In this document: positions 1 through 10,015 of the stretch, piece after piece | How the letters are laid out: the number at the start of each line of letters is the position of its first letter | Position numbering within the stretch: position 1 is the first letter of the stretch | Assembly: GCA_964519595.1 (NCBI GenBank) | Contig: CAZFJN010000009.1 | Span: forward strand, 1 to 46,621 | Length of the DNA stretch: 46,621 nt | Reading direction: 5' to 3' | Source: an uncultured Rickettsiales bacterium | Lineage (GTDB): Bacteria > Pseudomonadota > Alphaproteobacteria > Rickettsiales > SXRF01 | Made by a program: the position numbers and the translations under genes | Notes under the pieces: generated by a model | Seen by the model: only the letters and a program-made list of their open reading frames with translations | Database searches by the model: none | What the model was told of the DNA's origin: nothing

Positions 1-14
1 CAGCTTTTTTTGTC

Positions 15-40
15 AAAACCACAGCAAGTGCTGTGGTTTT
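15..40. terminator. Stem-loop (11-bp stem aaaaccacagc/gctgtggtttt, 4-nt loop) flanked by A/T runs; candidate bidirectional intrinsic terminator downstream of ftsA
   Basis: Perfect inverted repeat read directly. On the minus strand the stem is followed by tttt. It lies 78 nt past the ftsA stop. Confidence 0.4.
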
Positions 41-66
41 GGCTGGAGCTTGTGGCACGGCAAAAG
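41..66. repeat. 26-nt motif ggctggagcttgtggcacggcaaaag; second copy at 46570-46595
   Basis: Direct comparison gives 25/26 identical in the same orientation (single c/a difference). Confidence 0.85.
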
Positions 67-117
67 CAATATTTGCAACAATATGCCTAATGCACGTCAA
101 GAGTTGTATTTATGCTT

Positions 118-1395
118 TTAAAAATTATCGCGCAGCCAGCCGGCCAGGCGGTCAAATCCGAAGCTGAAGCCGGCGCGGCGGCGATGAACATCAAAAATAT
201 GTTCTTCTGCCGGTTTTTTAGTAACATATTGCAACATGCCAAGAGCAGTTGCAAAAGCCGGACCGCTGACTGATTCGGCAAGGCCGGGAAGCGAACGAGG
301 ACGTCCGAGCCGAGCCTGTTTGCCGAGAATTGTTGAAGACATTTCGCGAACGCCTAGTAGCTGGCTGGCGCCGCCAGTTAGAACCACTCTTTTTCCGGCC
401 TGAGAGCCAACGCCGCTCATTTCCAGCTTACTGCGAATAATTTCGAATATTTCCTCAAGGCGCGGACGAATAACGCCAACCAGCATCGAACGAGGAACAA
501 TATTGACCTCCTCGCTTTCCTCTTCACCAAGAGGAGTTACCTCAAGCATAGCGCGATCATCACTGGTAGTTGCGATCGCGCTGCCGTGAAGAGTTTTAAG
601 CCGCTCAGCGTGAGATAAAGAGGTGGAAAGTCCACGCGCAATGTCGCTGGTAACGTGCGTTCCGCCAATAGGAACTGAATCAGTATAAACATTTTTTCCG
701 GCGCTGAACACACAAAAGCTGGTAACGCCGCCGCCCATGTCGATCACAGTAACGCCAAGCTGTTTTTCATCATCATCAAGAACTGACAACGCTGAGGCAT
801 AAGGCGCTGCTATATATTCATCAACATTAAGATGACAGCGCCCTACGCAATGCGCCAGATTGCGCGTAATGGAAGTCTGCGCGGTTATAACATGCAAATC
901 AGCGCCGAGTTTTTTGCCGAACATCCGGCGCGGATCGCTTATTCCGCGCGCGCCGTCTAAATAATAAGAAGTAGGAATGCAATGCACCACCTCATGTTCA
1001 GCATGACGTATGCTGGCACGTCCCTGCTCTACTATTTCCATTAAATCACGGTCGGAAACCTCTTCGCCAAGCATTGTCATTTCAACTGTGATGCTTCGCG
1101 AGGTAAGATTGCCGCCGGAAAGGCCAACCAGGACATTTTCTATAGTTTCTCCGGCCATTTGCTCAGCGGCATGAACAGCGGCGATGATTGATGTCTCCGC
1201 TTCGGAAAAATCAGTAATAATTCCGCCGCGAATTCCTTTGGAAAGCTGATGTCCGATTCCGGTTATCCGCAATTCTCCGGCTGAATCAGTCTGAGCAATA
1301 AAACAAGCGATTTTACTTGTGCCAATGTCTAAAACCGCAATAGCGCCAGCGCCGGTTTTACGAATGGTTTTATTTTTGTTTTGTCTTCTAAGCAT
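118..1395 (-). CDS. ftsA: Cell division protein FtsA
   Basis: 425-aa ORF with actin-like ATPase motifs 'AVLDIGTSKI', 'VIDMGGGVTS' and 'VVLTGGASQL'. It follows ftsQ in dcw order. Confidence 0.95.
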   Translation of the reverse strand: MLRRQNKNKTIRKTGAGAIAVLDIGTSKIACFIAQTDSAGELRITGIGHQLSKGIRGGIITDFSEAETSIIAAVHAAEQMAGETIENVLVGLSGGNLTSRSITVEMTMLGEEVSDRDLMEIVEQGRASIRHAEHEVVHCIPTSYYLDGARGISDPRRMFGKKLGADLHVITAQTSITRNLAHCVGRCHLNVDEYIAAPYASALSVLDDDEKQLGVTVIDMGGGVTSFCVFSAGKNVYTDSVPIGGTHVTSDIARGLSTSLSHAERLKTLHGSAIATTSDDRAMLEVTPLGEEESEEVNIVPRSMLVGVIRPRLEEIFEIIRSKLEMSGVGSQAGKRVVLTGGASQLLGVREMSSTILGKQARLGRPRSLPGLAESVSGPAFATALGMLQYVTKKPAEEHIFDVHRRRAGFSFGFDRLAGWLRDNF

Positions 1396-1417
1396 TTTTA
1401 TACTGATTCCTGATTCC

Positions 1418-2290
1418 TTATCCCTGATTCCTGGAAACTGATCCTTGATTCATTACTAAATTCGGAGCGAGTTTAATAAACATTTTTCCAGGAATCCGCA
1501 GATCAATTACTTTAACATCACGTTTTAGTAATTCACTATCTTTTTCAATCGCCGCAAATTTAGAAAATGCCGCCGCGGCGGATTTTTCAGGCAGCTTAAT
1601 TTCAATATTGCGCGCCATGCGAATGTTCCAGCGTCTATTGCTTACATAAATCGCCGAGCGGAAATTTCCAGCCAAATCCGGCGCAACTGCTAAAATTGAC
1701 ATTAACTCGCCGACATGCTGAGGAGCAGCATCGCCGACTATAATCGGAAGATTGCCATATAGAGCGCTATCTACTCCTTGCATGACAACGCCCTGATCAT
1801 CAACCGGAAATTGCCCTCCGCCATGCTGCCACAAGGCAACAGGCTCGCGCTCAACTATTCGCACATAAAGAGCATCAGGCAACACGCGCTCAACCGCCGC
1901 CTCACGAATGCTTTGCACAGATTTCAACTTCTCGCGCATTTCATCTAAAGAAAGGCCAAGAATCGGATCATTTTTTCTGACATTAAGGGCGCGCTCAATG
2001 TCTGCCATTGGCGTTCTGCTGCGTCCTTCAATATGTAAAGAGCGCACTATTAAACCGCTGCTGGCGGTCGCGGCAAAGAAGCTTTTTTCCAAGGAAGAGG
2101 AAATTGATAATAAATTTTTTGAATACCACAAAAATCCGCCAGCAAAAACGGCAATCACAACGGCAGAAAAAGTGACAATGAATTTTGCTCTACGACGTAA
2201 ATTTTCCCGCCGTTTCTTGGCTATTTTATCGCGCATTATACGCTGCGACTGGCGCTGGCGAGAAGTTATATGGTCATTTTGACGTGGCAT
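1418..2290 (-). CDS. ftsQ: Cell division protein FtsQ
   Basis: 290 aa. Basic N-terminus, a single TM ('FIVTFSAVVIAVFAGGFLWY'), then a POTRA-like region. It sits between ddl and ftsA. Confidence 0.8.
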   Translation of the reverse strand: MPRQNDHITSRQRQSQRIMRDKIAKKRRENLRRRAKFIVTFSAVVIAVFAGGFLWYSKNLLSISSSLEKSFFAATASSGLIVRSLHIEGRSRTPMADIERALNVRKNDPILGLSLDEMREKLKSVQSIREAAVERVLPDALYVRIVEREPVALWQHGGGQFPVDDQGVVMQGVDSALYGNLPIIVGDAAPQHVGELMSILAVAPDLAGNFRSAIYVSNRRWNIRMARNIEIKLPEKSAAAAFSKFAAIEKDSELLKRDVKVIDLRIPGKMFIKLAPNLVMNQGSVSRNQG

Positions 2291-2357
2291 AATTTCTATA
2301 AAACAGCGTTTATTTCTTCAGTTATTTTCAAGAATATACAAGAATATATTGTTCGCA

Positions 2358-2438
2358 AATATTTTCCGAAAAACAGATATTTTTCCGAAAACATAACCTT
2401 CCGAGAACATAACCTTCCAAAAACTAACTTTCCGGAAA
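2358..2438. repeat. About 5 degenerate tandem copies of a 16-18-bp unit ending ccgaaaac/ccgagaac/ccaaaaac
   Basis: Read directly in the ddl-ftsQ spacer: atattttccgaaaaac / agatatttttccgaaaac / ataaccttccgagaac / ataaccttccaaaaac / taactttccggaaat. Confidence 0.7.
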
Positions 2439-2440
2439 TA

Positions 2441-3382
2441 TTATTTCCCTAATCTGGCGCCTTCTAACAGTCTTTTTACCAGCTCGACAAAAGAAATTCC
2501 AGCCTGAGCAGCAATCTCAGGAGACAAGGAAAGATTTGTCATACCTGGTTGTGTATTTAACTCTAAAAGGTAAAATTTTCCTTTATCAGACTGAGTATCA
2601 TCATAACGGAAATCAGAGCGGGAAAGGCCACGGCAACCAAGCGCCTTATGCGCCACAACCGCCATTTCCATTACTTCTGCATATTTATCCGCCGGCAACG
2701 GCGCTGGACAAAGATGCTCGGTTTTTCCGTTAATATATTTATTATCATAATCATAAAATCCAGTTTTAGGACGTAATTCAGTAACACCAAGAGCTACATC
2801 ATCAAGCACAGCAACAGTAATTTCACGTCCGGCAATATATTCCTCAACCAGCAATAGCCGCGATTGGTCTTTTTTTAATTCCGGATCAGATTCAATAATC
2901 ATCGCCAGCGAAGAATTATCCTCTCTTCTGATGATATGAACGCCAACGCTTGAGCCTTCACTGGCCGGTTTAATAACAAAAGGACGCGGCAGCGGATCGC
3001 CGGAATTTTGCAGCAATTTTTCTACAGACAAGGTAATTCCTCGCGGACAAACAAGTCCGCAAGATTCGAAAATATTTTTAGCCATTGGCTTGTCCATAGA
3101 AAGAGCAGAAGCAAGAACTCCGGAATGAGTATACGGAATTTTCATCAGCTCAAGCAGGCCTTGCACACAACCATCTTCACCATAATTGCCATGCAGAGCG
3201 TTAAATACCAGATCAGGATTTGCCGCCGCAAGAGTCTGTGCGATGTCAGATTGCACATCAATTTCCGTAACAATATAATCAAGTTCACGCGCCGCCGCTG
3301 CAACCGCCGCGCCGCTTTTTAGTGAAACCTCGCGCTCGGCGGAAAAACCACCTTTTAAAATCGCCACACGCTTTCCGGACAT
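2441..3382 (-). CDS. ddl: D-alanine--D-alanine ligase
   Basis: ATP-grasp family motifs 'KRVAILKGGFSAEREVSLKSG', 'HGNYGEDGCVQGLLE' and 'LELNTQPGMT'. I moved the start to the ATG at 3382; the track ORF extends to 3415. Confidence 0.95.
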   Translation of the reverse strand: MSGKRVAILKGGFSAEREVSLKSGAAVAAAARELDYIVTEIDVQSDIAQTLAAANPDLVFNALHGNYGEDGCVQGLLELMKIPYTHSGVLASALSMDKPMAKNIFESCGLVCPRGITLSVEKLLQNSGDPLPRPFVIKPASEGSSVGVHIIRREDNSSLAMIIESDPELKKDQSRLLLVEEYIAGREITVAVLDDVALGVTELRPKTGFYDYDNKYINGKTEHLCPAPLPADKYAEVMEMAVVAHKALGCRGLSRSDFRYDDTQSDKGKFYLLELNTQPGMTNLSLSPEIAAQAGISFVELVKRLLEGARLGK

Positions 3383-3437
3383 GTCAGACAACTCCCTTAA
3401 CAATATTACAAACAAATAAAGGCTACATCTGATACAT

Positions 3438-3493
3438 AAATCTTATGACTAAAATCTTATGACTAAAATCTTATGACTAAAATCTTATGACTA
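3438..3493. repeat. Four perfect tandem copies of the 14-bp unit aaatcttatgacta
   Basis: Counted base by base in the ddl/pstS divergent spacer. Confidence 0.95.
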
Positions 3494-3826
3494 AAAATGG
3501 TATAAATTTGAATGAAATATAGTCAAACTTTAATGTTCGCTTTTTTAGCTAATATTACCATTGCAAATATTGCATATCTGTATTCAGCAAATAACATTCA
3601 CACTTTACTGATATACACGTTTAGTCATTCGCCTTAAGAATTTTAATCGCCAACAGAATTAAGAGTATGCAGAATTAAGATATGATGGTGATTAAGATAT
3701 AAGTGCGATTAAGAGATTAAGTGAGATAAGTACGAGCAGAGTATTCATAACTATAGCAGATAAGTACAAGCAAAGCTAACAGAATCAATAAACTCAATAA
3801 ATACAGATCAATAATATAAATCAACA

Positions 3827-4912
3827 ATGGAGTTTGATATGCGCCAACAAAATAATTTTATTAAGCGTAATTGTTCAGCTTCCGGATTTCTGGCGGCAGG
3901 GCTTGTTTCCACCACTATATTAGCTGGCGCATTTGTTTCATCCGCAGCACAAGCGCGTGAACAAATTCGCGTTGTTGGTTCTTCAACTGTATTTCCTTTT
4001 TCCTCAGCTGTTGCCGAGCAATTTGGCCAAGGCGGAAAATTTAAAACTCCGATCGTTGAATCAACCGGAACAGGCGGCGGCTTTAAATTATTCTGCTCCG
4101 GAATTGGCGAAACAACTCCTGACATAACCGGAGCTTCACGGCCAATTACAGATAGTGAGAAAAAAACCTGCCAGGATAATGGCGTTGATAAAACAACTGA
4201 AATTGCCGTCGGCTATGATGGAATAGTAGTTGCCAATGCCAAAGGTGCTACACAATTTAACCTCAGCAAAAAACAAATATTTCAGGCAATTGCCGCTAAA
4301 GTCCCTGCTGCAGATGGAACTCTGGTAGCCAATAGCTATAAACAATGGAATGAAATAGATGCTTCTCTTCCTGCTCAGGCAATCGAAGTTTACGGACCAC
4401 CTCCTACTTCAGGAACACGTGATGCTTTTGTGGAAATGGTTATGGAAGCAGGATGTAAGGAATTTCCTGAATTCGCTAAAGCTATTCCTGATGAGAAAGA
4501 GCGCAAAAAATCCTGCGGCATGATGCGCGAAGACGGAAAATATATTGATTCCGGCGAAGATGACAACGTGATCGTGCAAAAACTAGTCAGCAATAAAAGT
4601 GCGCTGGGAATTTTCGGCTATAGCTTCCTTGAAGAAAATCGCGGTAAAGTTCAAGCCAGCAAAGTTGACGGCGTACTTCCGGAATCTGCTTCTATTGAAA
4701 GCGGCAGCTATAAAGTATCACGCAGTCTTTATATCTACGTTAAAAATGATCATATCGGAAAAATTCCGGGAATCGCCGAATTTGCTAATCAATTTGTAAG
4801 CAAGGAAGCTGTAGGCGCTGACGGTTATTTAATCGCCAGAGGCTTGTTGCCTTTGCATAAAAATGAGCTTGATAATTCAAGAAAAACAGCCTCTGGATTA
4901 TTGAGTAAATAG
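3827..4912 (+). CDS. pstS: Phosphate ABC transporter substrate-binding protein PstS
   Basis: Signal peptide ending 'SAAQA', then 'IRVVGSSTVFPF', 'GTGGGFKLFC' and 'DITGASRPI', which are typical of the PstS family. The alternative ATG at 3839 is equally possible. Confidence 0.9.
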   Translation: MEFDMRQQNNFIKRNCSASGFLAAGLVSTTILAGAFVSSAAQAREQIRVVGSSTVFPFSSAVAEQFGQGGKFKTPIVESTGTGGGFKLFCSGIGETTPDITGASRPITDSEKKTCQDNGVDKTTEIAVGYDGIVVANAKGATQFNLSKKQIFQAIAAKVPAADGTLVANSYKQWNEIDASLPAQAIEVYGPPPTSGTRDAFVEMVMEAGCKEFPEFAKAIPDEKERKKSCGMMREDGKYIDSGEDDNVIVQKLVSNKSALGIFGYSFLEENRGKVQASKVDGVLPESASIESGSYKVSRSLYIYVKNDHIGKIPGIAEFANQFVSKEAVGADGYLIARGLLPLHKNELDNSRKTASGLLSK

Positions 4913-4920
4913 TTATGCAA

Positions 4921-4994
4921 GTAATTTTCTAGTAATTATTCCGGTAATTATTCTGATTAATTATTCTGGTAATTATTTATTCTGGTAATTATTT
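4921..4994. repeat. About 6 imperfect tandem copies of a roughly 12-bp unit (ggtaattattct)
   Basis: Read directly between pstS and the porin gene. Confidence 0.75.
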
Positions 4995-5040
4995 GTTGAG
5001 CAGTAATTTAAACAACATTTCCTTATATATGGTTATTTCT

Positions 5041-6483
5041 ATGGCAAAGCTGGCAGAATGCAGAAAAAATGCGAAGAAGAATAAAATAATTAATTATTGT
5101 AATTCTTTATTTTTGCCTGCTGCGGCGGCAATTATTTTTTCTGCATCATCAGCCAGCGCCATGGATGAAGCGGCAATGCTCAAGCAAATGCAGCAGATGC
5201 AACGGCAAATGCAGCAAATGCAGCAACAGATGAATGCTATGAAATCGGAGCTGGAAAAAGCGCGATCAGAGCAGAAAACTGTTGCCAAAATGGCAGAGAA
5301 AATTAACGCTCAGAAAATAGCCAGCACGCCGGAAAGTGATGTTAAAATCACCATGTCGCCTGCTCCTAAATTTGAAACGGCAGACGGCGCTTATAGCTTC
5401 AAAATTGGCGGCTTTGGCCAGGTTGATGCTTTTACTTCTGTTGATGATGTTCGTGATCATCCGGATGGAACGAATATTCGTCGCGCCAGACTTAACGCTT
5501 CCGGAACAATCGCCAAAAATTTCAAATATAAGCTGGAAAATGATTTCGCCGGAAATGCCAGCGCGCTTACTGATGTATATCTTGAATATTCCGCACTTGA
5601 GCCAGTTACAATAACTTTAGGACAATTTAAAGAACCATTCGGACTTGATACTCTGACCAGCGATTTATTTACCACTTTCAACGAACGCGCTCTTACCACC
5701 GCTTTCTCGCCTGATCGCCGCATTGGCGCTATGGTTAGTACATATGGAAATAATAATGATATTGGCGCATGGAGCGCGGCAATTGGCGGCTTTGGCTCAG
5801 GAAGCTCCAGCACCGCCAGCACTGATGATGAAGCGCGTGATTTAACCGCTCGCCTTACTCTTGCGCCTTTTTCAGGCAAAACAAAAGCTTTGCATTTTGG
5901 CGTTGCCGGTTCGCATCGTATTCCTGATGCTTCAAGCGACAGCTATTCAGTATCTTCACGCGCGGAAAACCAGATGACTTCCGCCGCTGCTGATCTGGCG
6001 GTTAATACAGGAACAATAAGCGGAGTTGATAATATAACTCTCCTAGGGCTTGAAGCAGCCGGAGTATATGGTCCTTTCTCGCTACAAGGAGAATATGTAA
6101 AGGCTGATGTAGATCGCCGCACCGCTGCTGATCAGCAATTTGACGGTTATTATGTCGAAGCATCATATTTCTTAACTGGCGAAAGCCGTAATTATCAGGC
6201 AAAAACAGGTAAATTTGATCGTGTGACTCCTAAATGGGCAATTAATCCGGCAGAAGGCAACTGGGGAGCATGGCAATTGGCTGCGCGCTATAGCCAACTT
6301 GATTTGAATGATACGGTTATTCGCGGCGGCCAGGTTGATGACATAACACTAGGACTACGCTGGATTCCGCAAAGCAACGTTTATATCACCGCAAACTATA
6401 TAATCTCTAACACAGATAGCTTTGCAACCACTGCCAATGACGATCCGAAAATATGGTTGCTTCGCACTCAGTTTGATTTCTAG
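5041..6483 (+). CDS. Phosphate-selective porin, OprO/OprP family
   Basis: Signal peptide '...FSASSASA', a Q/M-rich coiled N-terminus, then 'FKIGGFGQVD', 'RRARLNASG' and 'NFKYKLENDFAGN', ending in a terminal aromatic (F). I chose the start at ATG 5041; the track ORF starts at a TTG at 4993 inside the repeat. Confidence 0.8.
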   Translation: MAKLAECRKNAKKNKIINYCNSLFLPAAAAIIFSASSASAMDEAAMLKQMQQMQRQMQQMQQQMNAMKSELEKARSEQKTVAKMAEKINAQKIASTPESDVKITMSPAPKFETADGAYSFKIGGFGQVDAFTSVDDVRDHPDGTNIRRARLNASGTIAKNFKYKLENDFAGNASALTDVYLEYSALEPVTITLGQFKEPFGLDTLTSDLFTTFNERALTTAFSPDRRIGAMVSTYGNNNDIGAWSAAIGGFGSGSSSTASTDDEARDLTARLTLAPFSGKTKALHFGVAGSHRIPDASSDSYSVSSRAENQMTSAAADLAVNTGTISGVDNITLLGLEAAGVYGPFSLQGEYVKADVDRRTAADQQFDGYYVEASYFLTGESRNYQAKTGKFDRVTPKWAINPAEGNWGAWQLAARYSQLDLNDTVIRGGQVDDITLGLRWIPQSNVYITANYIISNTDSFATTANDDPKIWLLRTQFDF

Positions 6484-6491
6484 AGCTATTC

Positions 6492-6551
6492 CAGAGAATG
6501 CTCTAGAGAATGCTCTATGGAATGTTCTAGAGCATATTCTAGAGCATATTC
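6492..6551. repeat. Five tandem 12-bp units (cagagaatgctc/tagagaatgctc/tatggaatgttc/tagagcatattc x2), partly self-complementary
   Basis: Counted directly. It lies at the convergent porin/murB junction and reaches the murB stop codon. It generates spurious repetitive ORFs on both strands. Confidence 0.85.
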
Positions 6552-7471
6552 TAGCCGCTTTTTCCAATCAGCTTAATTTCCCATTCGAGAGTAATTCCCG
6601 TTTTCTCTCTGACAATTTCTATAACTTTATTACCAAGATTTTCCAGATCAGCGGCGGTAGCGTTGCCAGTATTTATCATAAAATTGCAATGTTTCTCAGA
6701 AATCTGCGCGCCGCCAAGCGTCATGCCACGGCAACCAGCGCGATCAATTAATTCCCAGGCTTTGTGACCTTCCGGATTTTTGAAAGTGCTGCCGCCAGTG
6801 CGAGTTCTTATTGGCTGCGTTGCTTCACGCTGGTTTTGTATATCCTGAATGCGCTGCGCGATTGCCAGCCGATCTGCCGACGTGGTTTTAAGCAGAACTT
6901 GTGTCACTATCGCGCCTTCCGGCAAAGAGCTTCTGCGGTAGGAAAAACCGCATTCCGCCGCGCTGAGAGTTTTTATTTCTCCGCTGCGTAAAACAATTTC
7001 GCATTCAATAAGAACATCTTTTATTTCCGCGCCGTAAGCTCCGGCATTCATACGCACCGCGCCGCCAAGAGTTCCAGGAATTCCTGATAAAAACTCCAGC
7101 CCTGCCAAACCATGATCACAAGCAAAAAGCGCGGCATTAATATCAAGGCAAGCAGCTCCTGCCGCTAATTCGCAATTATTTACCGTCATCTGCGCGAAAT
7201 TTCTGCCTAATTTTATCACCACTCCTTCAATGAAGCCGTCGCGAATAATCACATTACTGCCAACGCCAAGCGCCATAACCGGAATATCAGCAGGCAACTC
7301 GCGCAGAAAATCACTTAAATCTTTAGTGTTTTCAGGCTTGAATAACCACTGCGCCACGCCGCCAACACGAAACCAGTTTGTTCTGGAAAGATCAACATTA
7401 CTACGCAAACGGCCGCTGAAAGAACCAGCATATTTTTCCAAAATATTTTTATGCAGTAATTCTGCTGTCAT
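6551..7471 (-). CDS. murB: UDP-N-acetylenolpyruvoylglucosamine reductase
   Basis: Motifs '[11 protein letters not shown]', '[11 protein letters not shown]', 'GGSTFKNP' and '[11 protein letters not shown]'. It has a 4-nt overlap with murC. Confidence 0.95.
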   Translation of the reverse strand: MTAELLHKNILEKYAGSFSGRLRSNVDLSRTNWFRVGGVAQWLFKPENTKDLSDFLRELPADIPVMALGVGSNVIIRDGFIEGVVIKLGRNFAQMTVNNCELAAGAACLDINAALFACDHGLAGLEFLSGIPGTLGGAVRMNAGAYGAEIKDVLIECEIVLRSGEIKTLSAAECGFSYRRSSLPEGAIVTQVLLKTTSADRLAIAQRIQDIQNQREATQPIRTRTGGSTFKNPEGHKAWELIDRAGCRGMTLGGAQISEKHCNFMINTGNATAADLENLGNKVIEIVREKTGITLEWEIKLIGKSG

Positions 7472-8910
7472 CCTGCGCCTTTTTCCATCTGATCAGGCAA
7501 AGCATATGCCCATTTGGTAATATTCCCAGCGCCAAGACAAACCACCATATCGCCTTTTGCCGCTTGTGAAAGAACCAGTCCGGCAAGCTCTGCCTCGGCA
7601 TGAAGCCTCATTACATTTTTATGTCCGGCAGCGCGCAGACCAGCAACTAAAGAATCAGAGGAAACTCCCTCTATCGGCTCTTCTCCGGCAGAATAAACTT
7701 CCGCGACAATAACACAATCAGCATCATTAAAACAGCTGCAAAATTCGCCAAATAAATCATGCAGCCTGCTGTAGCGATGCGGCTGAACGACTGCAATCAC
7801 CTTTCCTCCTCCAGCCGATTGCGCGGCGCGCGCGGCTTTAAGCGTTGCCGATATTTCCACCGGATGATGACCATAATCATCAATAACTATGATTCCTGCG
7901 CCAATTCCGGTTTTAGTAAAACGACGTTTTACGCCCTCAAATTCCGCCAGAGCTGACTTTATTTTTTCAGCATTCATGCCCAGTTCCAAAGCAATCGCAA
8001 TTGTCGCCAGAGCATTCTTTATATTATGCTCACCATACATTGACAGAAAAATATCGCACAATAATTGATTGCCAGTCTGCACATCAAAGAGCTGCCCCTC
8101 GCCGGACGGCCTTATATTCAAAGCGCGCACGTCGGCTTGAGGATTTGTGCCATAAGTTATAATCCGGCGATCAAGAACTCTGGCCGCCAGCGCCTGAACC
8201 TCCTTATGATCAGTGCAAAGTACCGCAAAGCCGTAAAAGGGCAGATTAGTCAGAAAAGTGGCAAAAGCCGCCTTGGCCGCCTCAAAACTACCATAATGAT
8301 CAAGATGCTCAGGATCAATATTAGTTATTACGCCAATAGCGGCAGGAAGTCGCGTGAATGTGCCGTCTGATTCATCCGCCTCAACAACCATCCATTCGCC
8401 TTTGCCAAGATAAGCATTAGTTCCGCGCGCGTTTATAATGCCGCCATTAATCACAGTCGGCGTAAAACCGCCCGCTTCAAGCATTGCGGCAGTAAGCGCC
8501 GTGGTGGTTGTTTTTCCGTGTGTTCCGGCAACGGCAATTGCTGTTTTAAAACGCATCAGCTCGGCTAACATTTCTGCACGTTTTACTATCGGAATACGAT
8601 ATTCACGCGCCGCGTCCAGCTCAGGATTTCCGGCCTTTATCGCCGAGGAAATAACCACCACCGCAGCATTCTTCACATGCTCAGAAGCATGGCCAATAAA
8701 AATATTAATTCCTAAATCAGCAAGACGCTGCGTATTATAGCCGGCAGCTTCATCAGATCCCTGAACCTGATAACCAAGATTATGCAAAACCTCGGCAATG
8801 CCGCTCATGCCAATACCGCCAATGCCAATAAAATGCAAAATACCAACATTAAGAGGCAAAAAATTGCCAATAGAATTGCCAATTGGCAGAGTATTAAAAA
8901 CCTGTTTCAT
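7468..8910 (-). CDS. murC: UDP-N-acetylmuramate--L-alanine ligase
   Basis: Motifs '[17 protein letters not shown]', '[10 protein letters not shown]' and 'DDYGHHP'. I placed the start at ATG 8910 (MKQVFNTL...). The 80-codon extension in the track ORF runs through tandem repeats and overlaps the upstream gene. Confidence 0.93.
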   Translation of the reverse strand: MKQVFNTLPIGNSIGNFLPLNVGILHFIGIGGIGMSGIAEVLHNLGYQVQGSDEAAGYNTQRLADLGINIFIGHASEHVKNAAVVVISSAIKAGNPELDAAREYRIPIVKRAEMLAELMRFKTAIAVAGTHGKTTTTALTAAMLEAGGFTPTVINGGIINARGTNAYLGKGEWMVVEADESDGTFTRLPAAIGVITNIDPEHLDHYGSFEAAKAAFATFLTNLPFYGFAVLCTDHKEVQALAARVLDRRIITYGTNPQADVRALNIRPSGEGQLFDVQTGNQLLCDIFLSMYGEHNIKNALATIAIALELGMNAEKIKSALAEFEGVKRRFTKTGIGAGIIVIDDYGHHPVEISATLKAARAAQSAGGGKVIAVVQPHRYSRLHDLFGEFCSCFNDADCVIVAEVYSAGEEPIEGVSSDSLVAGLRAAGHKNVMRLHAEAELAGLVLSQAAKGDMVVCLGAGNITKWAYALPDQMEKGAG

Positions 8911-8921
8911 AATTATTTTGT

Positions 8922-8975
8922 AAAATATTACTGCTGTGAAAAATATTGCTGCCTTGAAAAATATTGCTGCTTGTA
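8922..8975. repeat. Three tandem 18-bp units (aaaatattactgctgtga / aaaatattgctgccttga / aaaatattgctgcttgta)
   Basis: Counted directly in the 91-nt spacer upstream of murC. A partial fourth copy, 'tatattactgctgcc', lies at 8998-9012. Confidence 0.9.
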
Positions 8976-9001
8976 GATTATTGTACATTATTTCCTGTAT
9001 A

Positions 9002-9988
9002 TTACTGCTGCCGAACAATTGCAAATCCTTCCAGCACCTTGGCAAGTGCTGCCAGTTCGGATTGTATATCACGCGTTCCCTTGCTAAACCGGCGAAGATG
9101 AAAGCCAAAAGGATTATCTTGCCACAAAAATTCTTCCCATTGCAGCGCATTTACATCCGGCAAGTCTTTTGCAGCAAACCCTTTTTCTGAAAAATAGCCT
9201 GATTTCTTTGGTATATAGCTGAAACGATCAGGCATAAATGTTTCCAGCCATCGTCCTGCTGCATATTGTAGATGTCCATGGTTTAAAATATATCGCGGCA
9301 TGATCGGCTGCAATAAACCTACCTTGTGTTTGAAATAATTATAATAACGGCGATAGATACGATATCCTGTATCACTAGCATTGCCGATATTCAGGCGATT
9401 TATCGTAAGCAAAGCTACAAAACGCAGCAGCGCACGTAATGAACGTTGCGTTGCTTTAAGCGAGGAAGTGGATAAAATAGGCTCTTTCAATTCAGGCGTG
9501 AAATCCAGCGTTGTAATGTCGATAGCGTGCGTATCAATAAACATGCAATGCACAGATGGAAAATAACGGTATTTATTGTACCATTGCGGATGCCATGGCG
9601 CGCCAAAAAATGCCCAGCCATGTTTAACCATTTCATGCGGAATATCTCTTAACCAGTCCGGAGCAACAATGTAAAAATCCGGATCAATAATCAACAAATA
9701 ACGCGTGGTAATTTTCTGACTACTTAGAAAGTGGTTGAGCGCGCCTGAATGCTGATAAGATGCTCGATAATTAGCTGGCAGAGTTGTATCTTGCGGCACA
9801 CCGTCAATTACAATCGCGTCCAGCGCACCACAAATGCCGTTGGCGCTCGGCGAGGTTTTACCATTATCTAAAACAAAAACTGGCGGTAACTGTCCGCCAT
9901 TCATGCGCTGCATCAAAGCAATATTCGCGCGAATATATGGCTCATCTCCCGGGCCAGCGACAGTAACAATAGTTATATCTTCAGACAT
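9002..9988 (-). CDS. Putative glycosyltransferase (GT-A-like, DxD 'IIDPDF'); family not identified
   Basis: 328-aa ORF. It starts with an N-terminal beta-strand 'ITIVTVAG', has an acidic DPD motif after a hydrophobic strand, and sits in a glycan-locus context. I recognised no stronger signature. Confidence 0.4.
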   Translation of the reverse strand: MSEDITIVTVAGPGDEPYIRANIALMQRMNGGQLPPVFVLDNGKTSPSANGICGALDAIVIDGVPQDTTLPANYRASYQHSGALNHFLSSQKITTRYLLIIDPDFYIVAPDWLRDIPHEMVKHGWAFFGAPWHPQWYNKYRYFPSVHCMFIDTHAIDITTLDFTPELKEPILSTSSLKATQRSLRALLRFVALLTINRLNIGNASDTGYRIYRRYYNYFKHKVGLLQPIMPRYILNHGHLQYAAGRWLETFMPDRFSYIPKKSGYFSEKGFAAKDLPDVNALQWEEFLWQDNPFGFHLRRFSKGTRDIQSELAALAKVLEGFAIVRQQ

Positions 9989-10015
9989 AAGAAGAAACTC
10001 AAACAGCGCAATGTT

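Noticed and set aside
87-281. 64-aa ORF overlapping the 3' end of ftsA in another frame
   Set aside because: It is almost entirely contained within ftsA on the same strand in an alternative frame, and has no independent support.
1908-2282. Antisense or shadow ORFs inside well-supported genes (e.g. 1908-2282, 8065-8370, 8438-8740, 14128-14781, 15843-16178, 33312-33770, 36572-36943, 40589-41035)
   Set aside because: Each lies fully within, and opposite to, a gene with strong family motifs. Their translations are low-complexity or unrecognisable (e.g. the Ala/Ser-rich mirror of the MCP).
3494-3826. Pho box upstream of pstS
   Set aside because: I looked for two CTGTCAT-like 7-mers spaced 4 nt apart and found none. 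I saw only degenerate 'attaaga/ataagta' repeats, so I am not calling a regulatory site.
6355-6751. ORFs 6355-6567(-) and 6422-6751(+) with repetitive peptides (RICSRICS..., ENALENAL...LEHILEHIL)
   Set aside because: Their periodicity is an artefact of the 12-bp tandem array at 6492-6551. The remainder overlaps murB antisense.
8911-9150. 80-codon N-terminal extension of the murC ORF in the six-frame track (MRCNGKNF...)
   Set aside because: It runs through the 18-bp tandem repeats (giving '[16 protein letters not shown]') and overlaps the 3' end of the upstream glycosyltransferase gene. Conserved MurC sequence begins just after the ATG at 8910.
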